A stretch of DNA of 37,980 bases from Ionaspis alba (GCA_964255285.1 CAXUUL010000070.1:1-37980); one strand, 5' to 3'. Positions 21,780 through 32,891 are shown, numbered from the stretch's first letter. Notes: generated by a model not told the origin, from the letters alone. Made by a program: numbers and translations.

Positions 21780-23873
21780 ATGAACTCGCACTCGAGGCTG
21801 ATTCGAAGCCGAATACGGCTTGATCTTCTCTATAGCCAAAATCGCCTCTCCTCGGTGACTGTTCGGACTCTGGCAGTCAATAACTCAGCATCAGCCATCA
21901 AGACCGGCGTCACACAAGAGAGGTATGGTGTAGCGTCTGCGATGTCTTCGGGCACCTGGCAACCGTATTTGGGAATCCAATTCTCCAGTCCTACCAACGT
22001 ACGAGAGCGTGATGTTCACCAAAACGCCATCCAGGAAAGGCTAAGGCACAAGTCGCATGTGGCAAATTGCAGCGTGTATGGCGAGTTTGGCAGCCATAAT
22101 GAGCACGGGAAGATCGAGCAGACACAATCTGCGTGCTCGCTACTTTCGAAAAGCTATGAGGATTATGATCCCGCATCGTTGTTGTCGTCACGCCTGTCCC
22201 AACCAGGAAAGTCTCGGACATCAAGCTCCCACAACTCTACCAAGTCCACTCTCTTAGACCTTGACCACAAGAGCGAATCCGCGCCTCGACGTGCTAGTCA
22301 GCGATCGGGGCTCTACTCGGGCCTCAGTCATCAAGATAGTACTTCATGCAGTGGATTACTTCCCACTAAGTCTATGGAATTCCACTCAAAATCATCTATA
22401 CCGTCGAAGCTATATCACACACGAGAACTTTCTCATGTATCGAGCTCGACTTTGTCCTACAGAACCTGTTCGCATGATGATGAGATCGATGATAAGCTCA
22501 TGTGTCTACTCCCAGGTTCGTCTAGCAACCCTGAGAAGTCTGGAGTAGAACAGTTACACTGTGGGGTTTGCAACGAGAAGTCTCAACAATCTCATCCGAG
22601 ACCTCCCGCGTCTTTGAAATTTCGGATACCGGAACCGTCGCTGAGAGACGCCATGCTGGCTTCGAAGAGCACAGGAGCCGCTTACTGGCGGTATTCGCTC
22701 TACGAGACTCCCACTGGTGACAGGGTGAAAGTCCACTACTGTAGAAGCAAAGAGACAGCTGAACGGATTGCCCGGCTTTTCTTGGATGAAGACGTGGTCG
22801 GATTCGATATCGAATGGAAGCCGCAGGCCAACGCCAACGATGGAATCAAGAAGAATGTTTCACTAATACAGCTAGCCAGCGAAGAACGAATCGCACTTTT
22901 TCATATTGCAAGATTCTCCAAGGGTGATACTGTTGACGACCTGGTGGTACCGTCACTGAAGACACTGATGGAGAACCCCAATATCAGCAAAGTTGGTGTA
23001 TCGGTTAAAGCAGACAGCAGCCGATTGCGTAAGCATATGGAAATTGATTCACGTGGTCTTTTTGAGCTCAGCCATCTACACAAACTCGTCAAGTTTTCGA
23101 ACGATGATGTCAAGAAAATAGACAAGATGCTGGTGTCGCTGGCGAAGCAGGTGGAGGAGCATCTGCAACTCCCGCTGTGGAAAGGGGATGTTCGATCCAG
23201 CGATTGGAGCGAGGAATTGAGCTATCAGCAGATTCAGTATGCGGCATCCGATTCCTACGCTGCGCTAAAGCTATACGATGTTTTGGAAGACAAGCGGAGA
23301 GGGTTAGATCCCGTGCCGCCCCGTCCCAAGCATGCGGAATTGAATTTACCCATCCGGCTCGCCAATGGACAGACAGTTGCAACCTACGATGAGCCAGACA
23401 GGGTCCTTGACATTACCACTACTGATACCAACGATTCGTCTGCCAGCATAGAAGAAATGGCTCGGAATTTCCTCAACATTGCCTTGGAAGATGGTGAACG
23501 GAAATCTCCAGACCCGCAGAGGATGAGTAGGTCACCGGGGACGATGTCCAAACCCCCCGAGGTTGTCCAAGCGGAGCAGTGGTTGAAAAATTGGCGTGCC
23601 GATCTGCCGGAAGGCTATAAACCACGAGCGACTCCTGCGTTCCTGCGTGCATATTCCCTGTGGTACCACCAAGCAAAAGACGTGCAAGGGACAGCGGAGT
23701 TATTGAGAGAGCCGCCCTTGCAAGCTTCAACAGTTGCAAACTACATTTTGGAGGCCGTTCGTATCGAGAAGCTACCGTTCGAGAAGGACCGTCTCAGAGA
23801 TGTCTTGAAGTATCTGCCTGGAGAGGTTGCAAAGGCGAGATACCAGAGCTTGAAGAAGGTGTTAGGTAATTAG
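21780..23873 (+). CDS. WRN/EXD2-like DEDDy 3'-5' exonuclease with C-terminal helix-turn-helix-like region
   Basis: ExoI VVGFDIEWKP, SLIQLAS, KVGVSVKADSSRL, SLAKQVEEHL and ExoIII SDWSEELSYQQIQYAASDSYA. C-terminal LRAYSLW...TAELLREPPLQASTVANYILEA. Single 697-codon ORF. Confidence 0.9.
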   Translation: MNSHSRLIRSRIRLDLLYSQNRLSSVTVRTLAVNNSASAIKTGVTQERYGVASAMSSGTWQPYLGIQFSSPTNVRERDVHQNAIQERLRHKSHVANCSVYGEFGSHNEHGKIEQTQSACSLLSKSYEDYDPASLLSSRLSQPGKSRTSSSHNSTKSTLLDLDHKSESAPRRASQRSGLYSGLSHQDSTSCSGLLPTKSMEFHSKSSIPSKLYHTRELSHVSSSTLSYRTCSHDDEIDDKLMCLLPGSSSNPEKSGVEQLHCGVCNEKSQQSHPRPPASLKFRIPEPSLRDAMLASKSTGAAYWRYSLYETPTGDRVKVHYCRSKETAERIARLFLDEDVVGFDIEWKPQANANDGIKKNVSLIQLASEERIALFHIARFSKGDTVDDLVVPSLKTLMENPNISKVGVSVKADSSRLRKHMEIDSRGLFELSHLHKLVKFSNDDVKKIDKMLVSLAKQVEEHLQLPLWKGDVRSSDWSEELSYQQIQYAASDSYAALKLYDVLEDKRRGLDPVPPRPKHAELNLPIRLANGQTVATYDEPDRVLDITTTDTNDSSASIEEMARNFLNIALEDGERKSPDPQRMSRSPGTMSKPPEVVQAEQWLKNWRADLPEGYKPRATPAFLRAYSLWYHQAKDVQGTAELLREPPLQASTVANYILEAVRIEKLPFEKDRLRDVLKYLPGEVAKARYQSLKKVLGN

Positions 23874-24244
23874 GTATCAGCATGCACTGCAAGATCTTGG
23901 GATCCACTGGATCGATAGGATGGTGAGAGTCCCGCATTCGCAGGGCATACGCAACCCCTAAATGCACAGAACAAGCCCATATTCAAGCTTAGACTAGATG
24001 TTACTTCGGAGGCACGGATATGTTCTTGATAGGATAGCCTGGTTTGAAATAGAGTCGAGAAGAGCTCTACATAAGTAAGTCAATCAAGTGCAAGTTTCCG
24101 AACAGAAGCTTGATGGTCGTAGTTGGAGCAGCCAAGAGCGACTATTTGCCGTTGTACTTGGGGTAGTAACGTCCATAGATTAGTTGTAACCATTCTCAGC
24201 TTTCCCCTCGCCTCAGAATCTCAGGATGCCCCCGATCATACACT

Positions 24245-24298
24245 TCTAGCCCTTTCGGGCTAGACTGTATTTTTGGAGAGAAATCCGAATTTCCAAAA
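24245..24298. repeat. Two adjacent short inverted repeats (hairpins)
   Basis: TCTAGCCC-tttc-GGGCTAGA (24245-24264) is a perfect 8-bp stem. TTTTGGA...TCCAAAA (24271-24298) has an inner GAAAT/ATTTC pairing. Confidence 0.6.
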
Positions 24299-24860
24299 TC
24301 GCGACGCTATCCGGGTCGGGTCTGATATATTCGAGATTAAAACGCACCCAACGACTGCATATATTGCTCTTAATTTGATTCCGCTCAAAGCGAAGTTTGT
24401 TGTTTTGAATCTATCTACAGGTACAAGACTGTTTAAGGATTGAACTATAAATGATATTGTTCATTAAACCTCGAAGTAAATCCATTTCCCCTTCCCCAGT
24501 CTGATGTAAATCTCAGAAATGCGCACAAATGTAGAATTGGGGATTATTGTTTACGCAGTAACCCCGTTCGCAGACTCACACCTTATGGACCAATTTCATG
24601 AACCGATACTGATCCGCTTCCTCTAAGACTCTGCCATTCTGAGGCCAGTTCTCAGCTTCCCCCTACCATTATTGTCCATATGATTCATCGTTGTTCGCGG
24701 GACCCGTTGGCTTTTCGCGGACTTGCTGCCTTGCGGACTGGCGGGTGAGGGGCAAGATAGGGGTCCAAAAAGGGTCCATCGGGTGGTGGCGTACTTGGAA
24801 AGTGTGACACTCGAGAGATTCATGCGTCATCAATCCAATCCTACGCCGGCACGCAGACGT

Positions 24861-24866
24861 TATAAA
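24861..24866 (+). promoter_or_regulatory. Putative TATA box of GH5 gene
   Basis: TATAAA lies ~140 bp upstream of the ATG at 25004. Confidence 0.4.
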
Positions 24867-25003
24867 TCTCTCAATCATGTAGACATTGCCTTACACCGCA
24901 ATTCGCATCTTTCGTCGTGTTGGTGCTGATAGTCTACCAGCATCTGTCTGTGTCAGAGCTGCAGTGACGACGTGTGATCATTATCTTCTTTCGACTGCAA
25001 AGA

Positions 25004-26089
25004 ATGGACACACCACTCTTCGAAGCTCCTCTTCGTGCGTCCGGGCGGAATATTCTCGATGCCGGGAATGTCCGGTTCAAGCTGGCCTCCGTCAACTGGT
25101 ATGGTGCAAGTGATGAGCTCTTCGTCGCTGGCGGTCTGGATGTAAAGCACCGGACCGCCATTGCGAGGCTCATCCGTCGCCTCGGATTCAACAGTGTGCG
25201 CATGCCATACTCGGACGAGTTGCTTTACGCCAACCCGGTCGTGGATCCGACCTTGCTGACAGCTAATCCGGATTTGGTGGGCTTGCGAGCTTTGGACGTA
25301 TTCGAAGCAACGGTCAATGCCCTGACGGAGGCTGGCCTCGCAGTCATTGTCAACAACCACATCACCCAAGCCAAGTGGTGCGACGGCATGAATCTCTGCG
25401 ATGCTGCCTGGAGCAACGATCATCTTGGTCCGTTCTGTCGAGTCCGTCAAACGGAAGAGCAGTGGATTGAGAATTGGATCACCATAATGTCACGTTTCGT
25501 TAGGAATCCTGGCGTTGTCGGGGCTGACCTTCGGAACGAGGTGCGTGGGCTTTGGGGCACGATGAGCTGGGCATCGTGGGCTACAGCGGCAGAACGTGCG
25601 AGCGAGAGACTGTTGGCTCTTCAGCCCGATTGGTTGATGATTGTCGAGGGGATTTCCTCGGCCAATGATCTGTCTGGCGCTCGAGATCGTCCGATCAAGC
25701 TCAGTGTTCCGGATCGAGTCGTCTACTCTGCTCATGTATATTCGTGGTCTGGCTGGGGCACTGGCAATCCCTTCAGCAAAAGATCGTATGCGAAGTTCGT
25801 GCATGCAATGCGGAAGAACTGGGCCTATCTTCTCGAAGAGGACATTGCTCCTGTTTGGATCGGCGAGTTCGGGGCGCCGAACGCACCAGGTGAAGGAGAT
25901 GAACATTACTGGAAGAACCTGCTCCGGTACCTCGAAGAAATGAACGCTGATTTTGGATACTGGGCTATCAACCCAAGGAAGCCCCATCTAAACGAGGAGG
26001 AGAGTTATTCGCTCGTCGAGGATGACTGGGAGACGGTCGTGGAGGACTATCGACTACGAGATATGCGACGACTAATGAAGCAAGATTGA
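25004..26089 (+). CDS. Glycoside hydrolase family 5 (cellulase-family), no signal peptide
   Basis: FKLASVNWYGA, LGFNSVRMPYS, VIVNNH, acid/base motif GADLRNEVR, VVYSAHVY, nucleophile motif PVWIGEFG and FGYWAIN. Intronless; first in-frame ATG at 25004. Confidence 0.92.
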   Translation: MDTPLFEAPLRASGRNILDAGNVRFKLASVNWYGASDELFVAGGLDVKHRTAIARLIRRLGFNSVRMPYSDELLYANPVVDPTLLTANPDLVGLRALDVFEATVNALTEAGLAVIVNNHITQAKWCDGMNLCDAAWSNDHLGPFCRVRQTEEQWIENWITIMSRFVRNPGVVGADLRNEVRGLWGTMSWASWATAAERASERLLALQPDWLMIVEGISSANDLSGARDRPIKLSVPDRVVYSAHVYSWSGWGTGNPFSKRSYAKFVHAMRKNWAYLLEEDIAPVWIGEFGAPNAPGEGDEHYWKNLLRYLEEMNADFGYWAINPRKPHLNEEESYSLVEDDWETVVEDYRLRDMRRLMKQD

Positions 26090-26700
26090 AAGCGACGTGC
26101 CTGATCCTTGGCTATACATGTCGTAGTTCTCCAGGTGATGCGGAGTTCGAACCGGCACCCTCGACCACTGGACGCGTCCATTGCCTATGCCACATGGATT
26201 GCTTCAGCAGCCAGTCTGACCACAAAGCATCTGACATTGAGACACGCAGTCGTATGGTTACCCAGCAGGCAAAGGTGGTGTAGAAAAAGTGCAGCGTTCG
26301 TGACGAGGTGACCAGACAGTGGTACACATGCTGCACCCTACGTGAAGGGCTCCTGTAACTGACATTACGCGAAGTGGATGGGGAGTTTCTAGTCTTACAG
26401 CAAGAGCTGCAGGAGTCACTGGTCAGACTAAGAGCAAATCGTAAGAAGAAGCACGTGACATGTTTCTCAGCTCTGAGGCTTCGAACATGGGAGATATGTA
26501 AGATCTTCAGGTTATATACCTTCCCTCATTCCCAGCGTGTATTGGTATAGATGAGGTTAAAACTGGGAATTAGATATCAATCACATTACGTCCAAAAAGA
26601 TGAACATTGATGATATTTTGAAGACCGAGGTGATCGATTGGTACATATTCTACTAAACAATATCGCTCTACTTGATATCGACTATATTGCCTCGTAGAAG

Positions 26701-27825
26701 TCACAAACGCAGCCTCAATCGGATAAGCCAGTATAAACACCCAAATGCCATCCCGCCCAAGTGCCCCAGGTGTCCTGAACACTCGCATGAATACTCAAAA
26801 ACTCAGGCTTCGAATGGGTTGTAATTCCTACCTATATTGAAAGCCAGCCCGTTGTTCTGAGCATAAATACTCCATACCGCAAAGCCCAAGGTAAGAATCC
26901 AATTCGACACTGGATATGGCTGCTAGAAGTTCAGTATCTTGAGATTTCAATGGACTAGAGCATCTTCAAGTCACTTACGATCAGGAGAAAGTACGATTTT
27001 GCTCGAGGGAACTGGCAAGAGAAAGCGGCACTCATGCCGAGCACACTGCCTGAGGCACCAATTAACCTCGCTTGTTGACCTTGTTGATCGCATCGTGCTA
27101 TTAACGTCGCCAGTGCACCACTAACACCTGACCCAATCCAGAGTGCAACGAATGATGGCACTCCATAGAGCCTCACTATCAGACGGCCGAAACTCCACAA
27201 ACCAACCATGTTCAAGGCCAGGTGACCAACCCCGAAATGCGTAAATGTGTACGTGAGCAACGTCCAGTATCGGCCTTGCTGCAGGTTTTGCACAGACCCG
27301 ACCAGATTCCGCAGGACGAATTGGATTGGAGTGACATTGTGAAGCTTGCGAAGCTGCTCCGATGCATACTCCTTATAGACGTAAACACCAACGCATGCTG
27401 CAATGGTGGTGCCTACGGTGACGTTGGCGGTAGTTTCGCCTCTGAATGACTGATTAAGGTAGGAACGGCGGCCGGACAGCGCATGGCGAGGAAACGGACT
27501 CGGTGAGCGCTGGAATCCGAAACGGAATCCCTGAAGAGCTGTATTAGAGTCGCCGGCCGACACTTCGGGAAGGGCAGAAAGAATCTGATACCAGGTTCTT
27601 CAGGACGGACTGTCTGATAAAGAGTGTCCTGTCCTGACCTATCAGCTTTCGAAGAGATGAAGTATTGGGGAGGGTCCAGTGGAGCTGACATTGATAGGAA
27701 CAGGAACAGCTCTTGCCGGAACAAGGGTTTCGTGGAGTCGTCAACAAGTACACATATCGTTTATTACAGCTATGAGGCTTTCTTGCAGATCTTAAGGCAT
27801 CTACAGCGGCCGGCCTCATCTGCAT
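26701..27825 (-). CDS. Rhomboid intramembrane serine protease, Pcp1/PARL-like (mitochondrial type)
   Basis: GRYWTLLTYTFTHFGVGHLALNM, catalytic GASG and catalytic His in IGHLGHLGGMAFG (exon 26774-26701). Introns 26775-26831, 26920(or 26923)-26978 and 27531-27591. The Arg-rich N-terminus from 27825/27819 is less certain. Confidence 0.85.
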
Positions 27826-28224
27826 TCATCATTGCCCACTCATATCTGGGAATGTTGATGCCCCCCGTTAGTGGGCCCTTGCTTCAGTGGTCCAATCATG
27901 TCTAGGCAGGCGGGTGCCAACATAAATGGTACGCCAAAAAGTGGTGTTCCCATAATTGCGCAGCCGGGTGAAAAGTTACGACGGGCAGGCTCCCCTGCTC
28001 AGGCATCTAAAATCTCCATTTTAGGGGACTTGAGAGGGTGACCCAGCTAAATATTTCATTTGAAGTACCACCCGCGTGCCAGGGTATGAGTCGTTCCTAG
28101 GGTTGTTTACTAGCCCCCTCCAGAAATACGTGAAGATTCCATTGCCGGTTGAAGCTTTCGTTTTTCAGCAACAGTTCCTCTTCATCAGTATCATCTGCCT
28201 TAGGCCGTAATTCTACCCGCTGAC

Positions 28225-30026
28225 ATGTCCAAACCGGTCTCAGAAGCGTCTGAGGATTTCGAATTCGTTGAGACTCCTGCTGCACCAACCTCGAATCCAC
28301 CAACCGTAGACTATGGAGTTCGAACCACTTCTGTGAGTCCGCCACGATAGTCAAGCGTTTGAAAACCCATTAAGGCACTAATTTATACCGGCCAATGAGT
28401 TTCATAGCTAATGGACCCCTTCTTGTAGTACCCAGCCATCAAGAATGCGCCACTGCCAGCCGATGCGTCGGGCAGCGAGAATTTCAACAATGTCTTGCTG
28501 TTTTTCCTCATCGGATTAGTCCCCGCCTACTTTGCTCGCAAGGTTGGTGGGGGACTTTTCACCTGGGGCTTCCTCTCCCTCTTCACCACTCTGCCTCTTC
28601 TGGTAGCTTTCTGGGCCATCGCCTCGCGCATTTCTCCAAGAAAGAATGAAAAAGTTCGTTATCCAGGACGACCTGTCGAACATTACCTGCATTTCAAGTC
28701 GGAGAGTGACCGTGCCAAATACTATGGCAAGAACAAAATTCCCATGGAGACATTCCATGAGATGTACTTCGACGGTGCTGTCGACTTCACGGGTGACGCT
28801 CTGGAGATAATGGAGTATAGACATGACTGGGCAAATTTCCGGTTCACCATCAGCCTGTTTCGATTCTTCCTTACAGGCATGATGCCAGAGGTCATCATGC
28901 ATACTCGCTCCCAAGGTACTATGCTTGAGCGCACTCTGCCACAAGAATTCCCAAGAATCTGACGTGGACAGATGAGGAGCAAGTACGCGACCATTACGAT
29001 CGTGGAGACGACTTCTACGGATGGTTCCTCGGGCCACGTATGATATACACCTCAGGCATAATTTCCGACATCAACAAGGAAGAATCTCTCGAACAATTGC
29101 AGGACAACAAACTGGCGATCGTCTGCGAGAAGATTAGACTAGAACCTGGCGAGACCCTCCTTGACATTGGTTGTGGCTGGGGCACTCTTACCAAATTTGC
29201 CAGCGTCAATTATGGTGCTCATGCAACAGGTGTCACACTGGGGAGAAACCAAACCGCCTGGGGCAATTCTGGGCTTCGAAAAGCAGGCATTGATGAGAGT
29301 CAGAGCAAAATCTTGTGTATGGACTATAGAGATATACCACTCCCCGAAGGCAGTTACAAAAAGATCACGTGTCTCGAAATGGCGGAACATGTAGGCGTGC
29401 GGCACTTTTCGTCTTTCCTATCTCAGGTGTACAACATGCTTGACGATGACGGGGTCTTCTTCCTGCAGATTGCCGGTCTTCGGAAATGCTGGCAGTACGA
29501 AGATCTCGTTTGGGGTCTCTTCATGAACAAATACATCTTCCCAGGCGCAGATGCCTCAACGCCCCTTGGCTGGTTTATCGACAAGCTGGAAAGTGCAGGG
29601 TTCGAGGTCAGGGGTGTCGACACCATCGGTGTGCATTACTCGGCTACGCTCTGGAGATGGTACAGGAATTGGATGGCAAACAAGGAGAAGGTGATTGCCA
29701 AATACGGTGAAAGATGGTTCAGAGTACGTGACATGTCTCGTAACCCATTCGATGCAGAAGAACCTGCTGACCATTCTCACCACCAGATATGGGAATTCTT
29801 CCTTGCGTACTCCACCATCATCTCTCGACAAGGCTCAGCGACTTGCTATCAGATCACTTGCGTCAAGAATATCAACTCTACTCATCGTGTTGAAGGAATC
29901 CAAAGCCAATTTGGCCTCCAAGGTGCTCTTGAAGCTTCCAAGGTCAATGTCGCAGCTACACGCGTCAAAAATGTCGCCGGGGAATTGGAAGGAAAAGTCA
30001 AGAGTGTACTGAAGTCCAATGGATGA
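28225..30026 (+). CDS. MTS1: Sphingolipid (glucosylceramide) C9-methyltransferase, CFA-synthase family
   Basis: N-terminal GVRTTSYPAIKNAPLPAD, two TM helices, HTRSQDEEQVRDHYDRGDDFYGWFLGPRMIYTSG, SAM motif LLDIGCGWGTL, CLEMAEHVG and FMNKYIFPGADAS. Introns 28333-28428, 28916-28971 and 29724-29786. Confidence 0.93.
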
Positions 30027-30834
30027 GTCGGGCTTGAGTCATCGAGTCACCATTCTTGTAAGTCATGATACTTAGCCGACGTAAGTGGGAGTTCCTGCGA
30101 GGTGAACAAGCTTGCAGGAAATCTTGTACATACTGGATGAACGAAGTGGAAGTTAGAAAGGCAAAGACGTGACCTCGAGCCGACTCAAAATATAAAGATC
30201 TAGCTAGTTCAACGTAAGCATTGCCTCCCGCGATTCGGTCTGTTATTGTCGTGCAACTGTCCAAATTGGTTGTCGGCGTCGGAATGATTTGCCTTTGCCC
30301 ATTGCCCATCCTGCATCTCCTATCTTCAGGAAAGTAGATCCCACCGTGGCCGTTCAATTCTAAATTGATTGCACCATTCTCGCAAACATTGCCATCCTCA
30401 TACTTTTCGCCTCTAGTCTCTTCGTCTGATCTACCAATGCCGAGAACATTGACAGTCTATCCAGCCTTGAGCCTGCCACATGTATCAGAGCTAAGTATAG
30501 CTCTGTTTTGATAAGCGTCCCTATGATTGAGGTTCTACCAATAATTTCGAAAGGAACGGGCTTTGCTGCAGCGGCGAATGATTAGGTCAAGCATTGGTGA
30601 GAGATTGTTCCATTTTGGAAAACAAGGGCTGCGACGCAGGAATTGACAGATTTTGAAGCTTTTCGCCGAGCCCAATGCATCGTGCGAAAATTGAGTAACG
30701 ATTGGGCTCAGAGCGTGTCGATAATGGATGATTCCTTTCGAAGCTCGAAGCACAGTCAGGCTATACAGTCCGCTTGTTGAAAGTCGATGGTGGGGATACC
30801 GTGGGCGTATGAAAATGTATGTCTTCCCACGCGA

Positions 30835-32891
30835 TCAGATATCCCAACTTGGCGCATACACATCCACCTTGGGCACAGCTTTGCAAGCCGTCTTCCCACT
30901 TTCGAGGAACGGCGTGGGCCCCGAGACATACACCCACATATTTCCTCCTCCTTCATTTTTGATTCCCTCAATCGTCGCCCGCATGTCGATCCGCTTTCGT
31001 CCTTCACCTGTGAGATGCGTTTGCACCTCCACTCCAGGCGAAGAAGCCAAGAAGGGCAGTTCCACCACATCGGAAGCTTTGACACTCCAGACTATTACGC
31101 AACGGTCCCAGGTCGAGGCCAGATTTGATGTGTGGGTGCAGCTACCGCCGCGACAGCAATTTTTGTTGTCGTACGACCCTGAGCGTTGGCGTTGTAGTTC
31201 AGTGAAGGCGCCGCCGATTGCGATGGCTCCGCTAATGCCTGTGCCAGCGACGAGACAGACAACGGTATCGTATCGATAAGGGTCAGCAGGAGAGAAATAT
31301 GGACCTTCCAGGCGGATCCCAATGTCGATCTTCGGATAGGTTGGTCGAGGTGAGCAGGGTGACAGGGGGCTGGTCTGGTCCTTTCGGGTGGTCGTGATTA
31401 CTTCGAGTGAGGAGGCTGAAACCGTCTGGGTTGGCGATTGGTGTTCCTTGTCTACGAGGTTGGCTAGCTTGTCAGTCCATTCTGTGCTTCGAAGCCGCTG
31501 TTCTTTGCTTCGGAACATTCGTGATAGTGAGAGGAAGCGGTTGAATCTTGTCACGTTGTGGAAAGTATTCGTCGTTGGCTGGCCTCGTTTTCGAAAGAGG
31601 AACTGAATGGGAAAATCGTCTTCGACAAGAGGCGTCGCAGCATTCTGAGCTGCAAGCGGAGTGATTGTAGTGAAGGGGTGAAGCTCTCGGATGGAAGACT
31701 CTGCGTGATGTATGTAGAAATATGCAACTGGTGACTTGCAAGAACAGCCCATGAGCCTTGAGCGGGGGAGAGGTACTTTCAGACTATTACCTCTCAGCAA
31801 TGTAGAAGGTCTCGGAGACACGAGTGTGCTTGCCTGTACCATCCCTTCCCAATCGTTGTTATTTCACCTTCAAGAACTCTCCTCAGCTCGTACAGGCGCA
31901 TACCCCAATCGAGGAACCACATGGCAAGTCCTGGAGCAGTACAATAGAACATCGTACTGGCATGGAGACAGATGATGACTACCATGACGATGCTAAGAAG
32001 ATGGGTAAAGTAAAATAAGTTGAAATGTTTGGATCGCACTTTAGGCAAAGTGGTAAGGAAGAGTGCCAGCATGATGGCAACCGCAACGAGTCCAGTGAAG
32101 ATCAGTGAAGCTCGCCAAATTCCGATACGAGTCAGATTACCAGGCCACGTCTCGTTGTAGAGATAAGTTGGATTCAGTACGGGTATTACCTGCCGGAGGC
32201 TATCAGACAATGACTGGAATACCGGAATCCAAGAGACGTAGACGAACGCATGGATGAGAACGAGAGTGAACAACGTATATGCCGTTAGCATGTGGTTTGT
32301 AAGTGTTGTTGCGACAGATAGCTTGAAGAAGGATGCCAGTGCGCTATGTCTCGAGATAGGAATTAGCACCATTCCCATGGTGATATCGCACAGGTGTCCT
32401 GTTAACGCGACAGCTGCCAGTCTTCGACCTCCGACAGTGATGCCGCCCTCATATCCACGGTCAACGAAGTACTCCCTCAGCCTAACCCACCAGATTCCCA
32501 CAGCGATTCCGTATAAAGCCACAATCCAGAGGATCATCAGGGTCCCACCTATTGTGAGACGTTTCCCGATAAGCGGTAGTTTTGTCCTCCGGATAGGTTG
32601 GTCAAGGACTTTCTGCATCTGCGGATGAAACGCTCGTACTGCCAGAAATGTGACGGATATAGAGATCCAGAAGTACCAGACTATCACGTGGAGTCTAGCT
32701 TGCAAGGGGAAAAGCCACTCCCCACAAGTCCCTGCAAAACAATAGTGGTTTGATCGAAAGGTCAAGCCGATCGAGAGGGAAAATGTTAAGACCAAGCTGC
32801 CTGCGAGCGGCCACAAACAGGTTCGAGGGGTGATGCGAGTACCTCTTCGAGGAACAGGAGAATCCTCGATGGATTCGTGCTTCGGGAACAT
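30835..32891 (-). CDS. Ferric/cupric reductase (FRE/NOX family) transmembrane component, ~668 aa
   Basis: Heme His pairs NHMLTAYTLFTLVLIH and THLLSIVMVVIICLH, FAD motif LHPFT, NADPH motifs LEGPYF and LVAGTGIS, and VYVSGP. One intron, 31784-31833 (GC-AG). Confidence 0.9.

Noticed and set aside
19189..23873. SRA protein plus exonuclease as a modification-dependent restriction-like module
   Set aside because: The genes are on opposite strands separated by LSM5, and eukaryotic adjacency alone is weak evidence without conserved synteny.
24060..24300. RNase P RNA (GGAAATTCGG on minus strand) or snRNA (Sm-like ATTTTTGG on plus strand)
   Set aside because: No complementary CR-V/P4 partner was found downstream, and no U1, U2, U4 or U5 signature sequences are present.
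28333..28428. Stwintron or micro-exon in the 96-nt methyltransferase intron with two CTAAT branch motifs
   Set aside because: No second donor is present or created by removing an internal intron, and simple splicing already restores the conserved TTS-YPAIKN junction.
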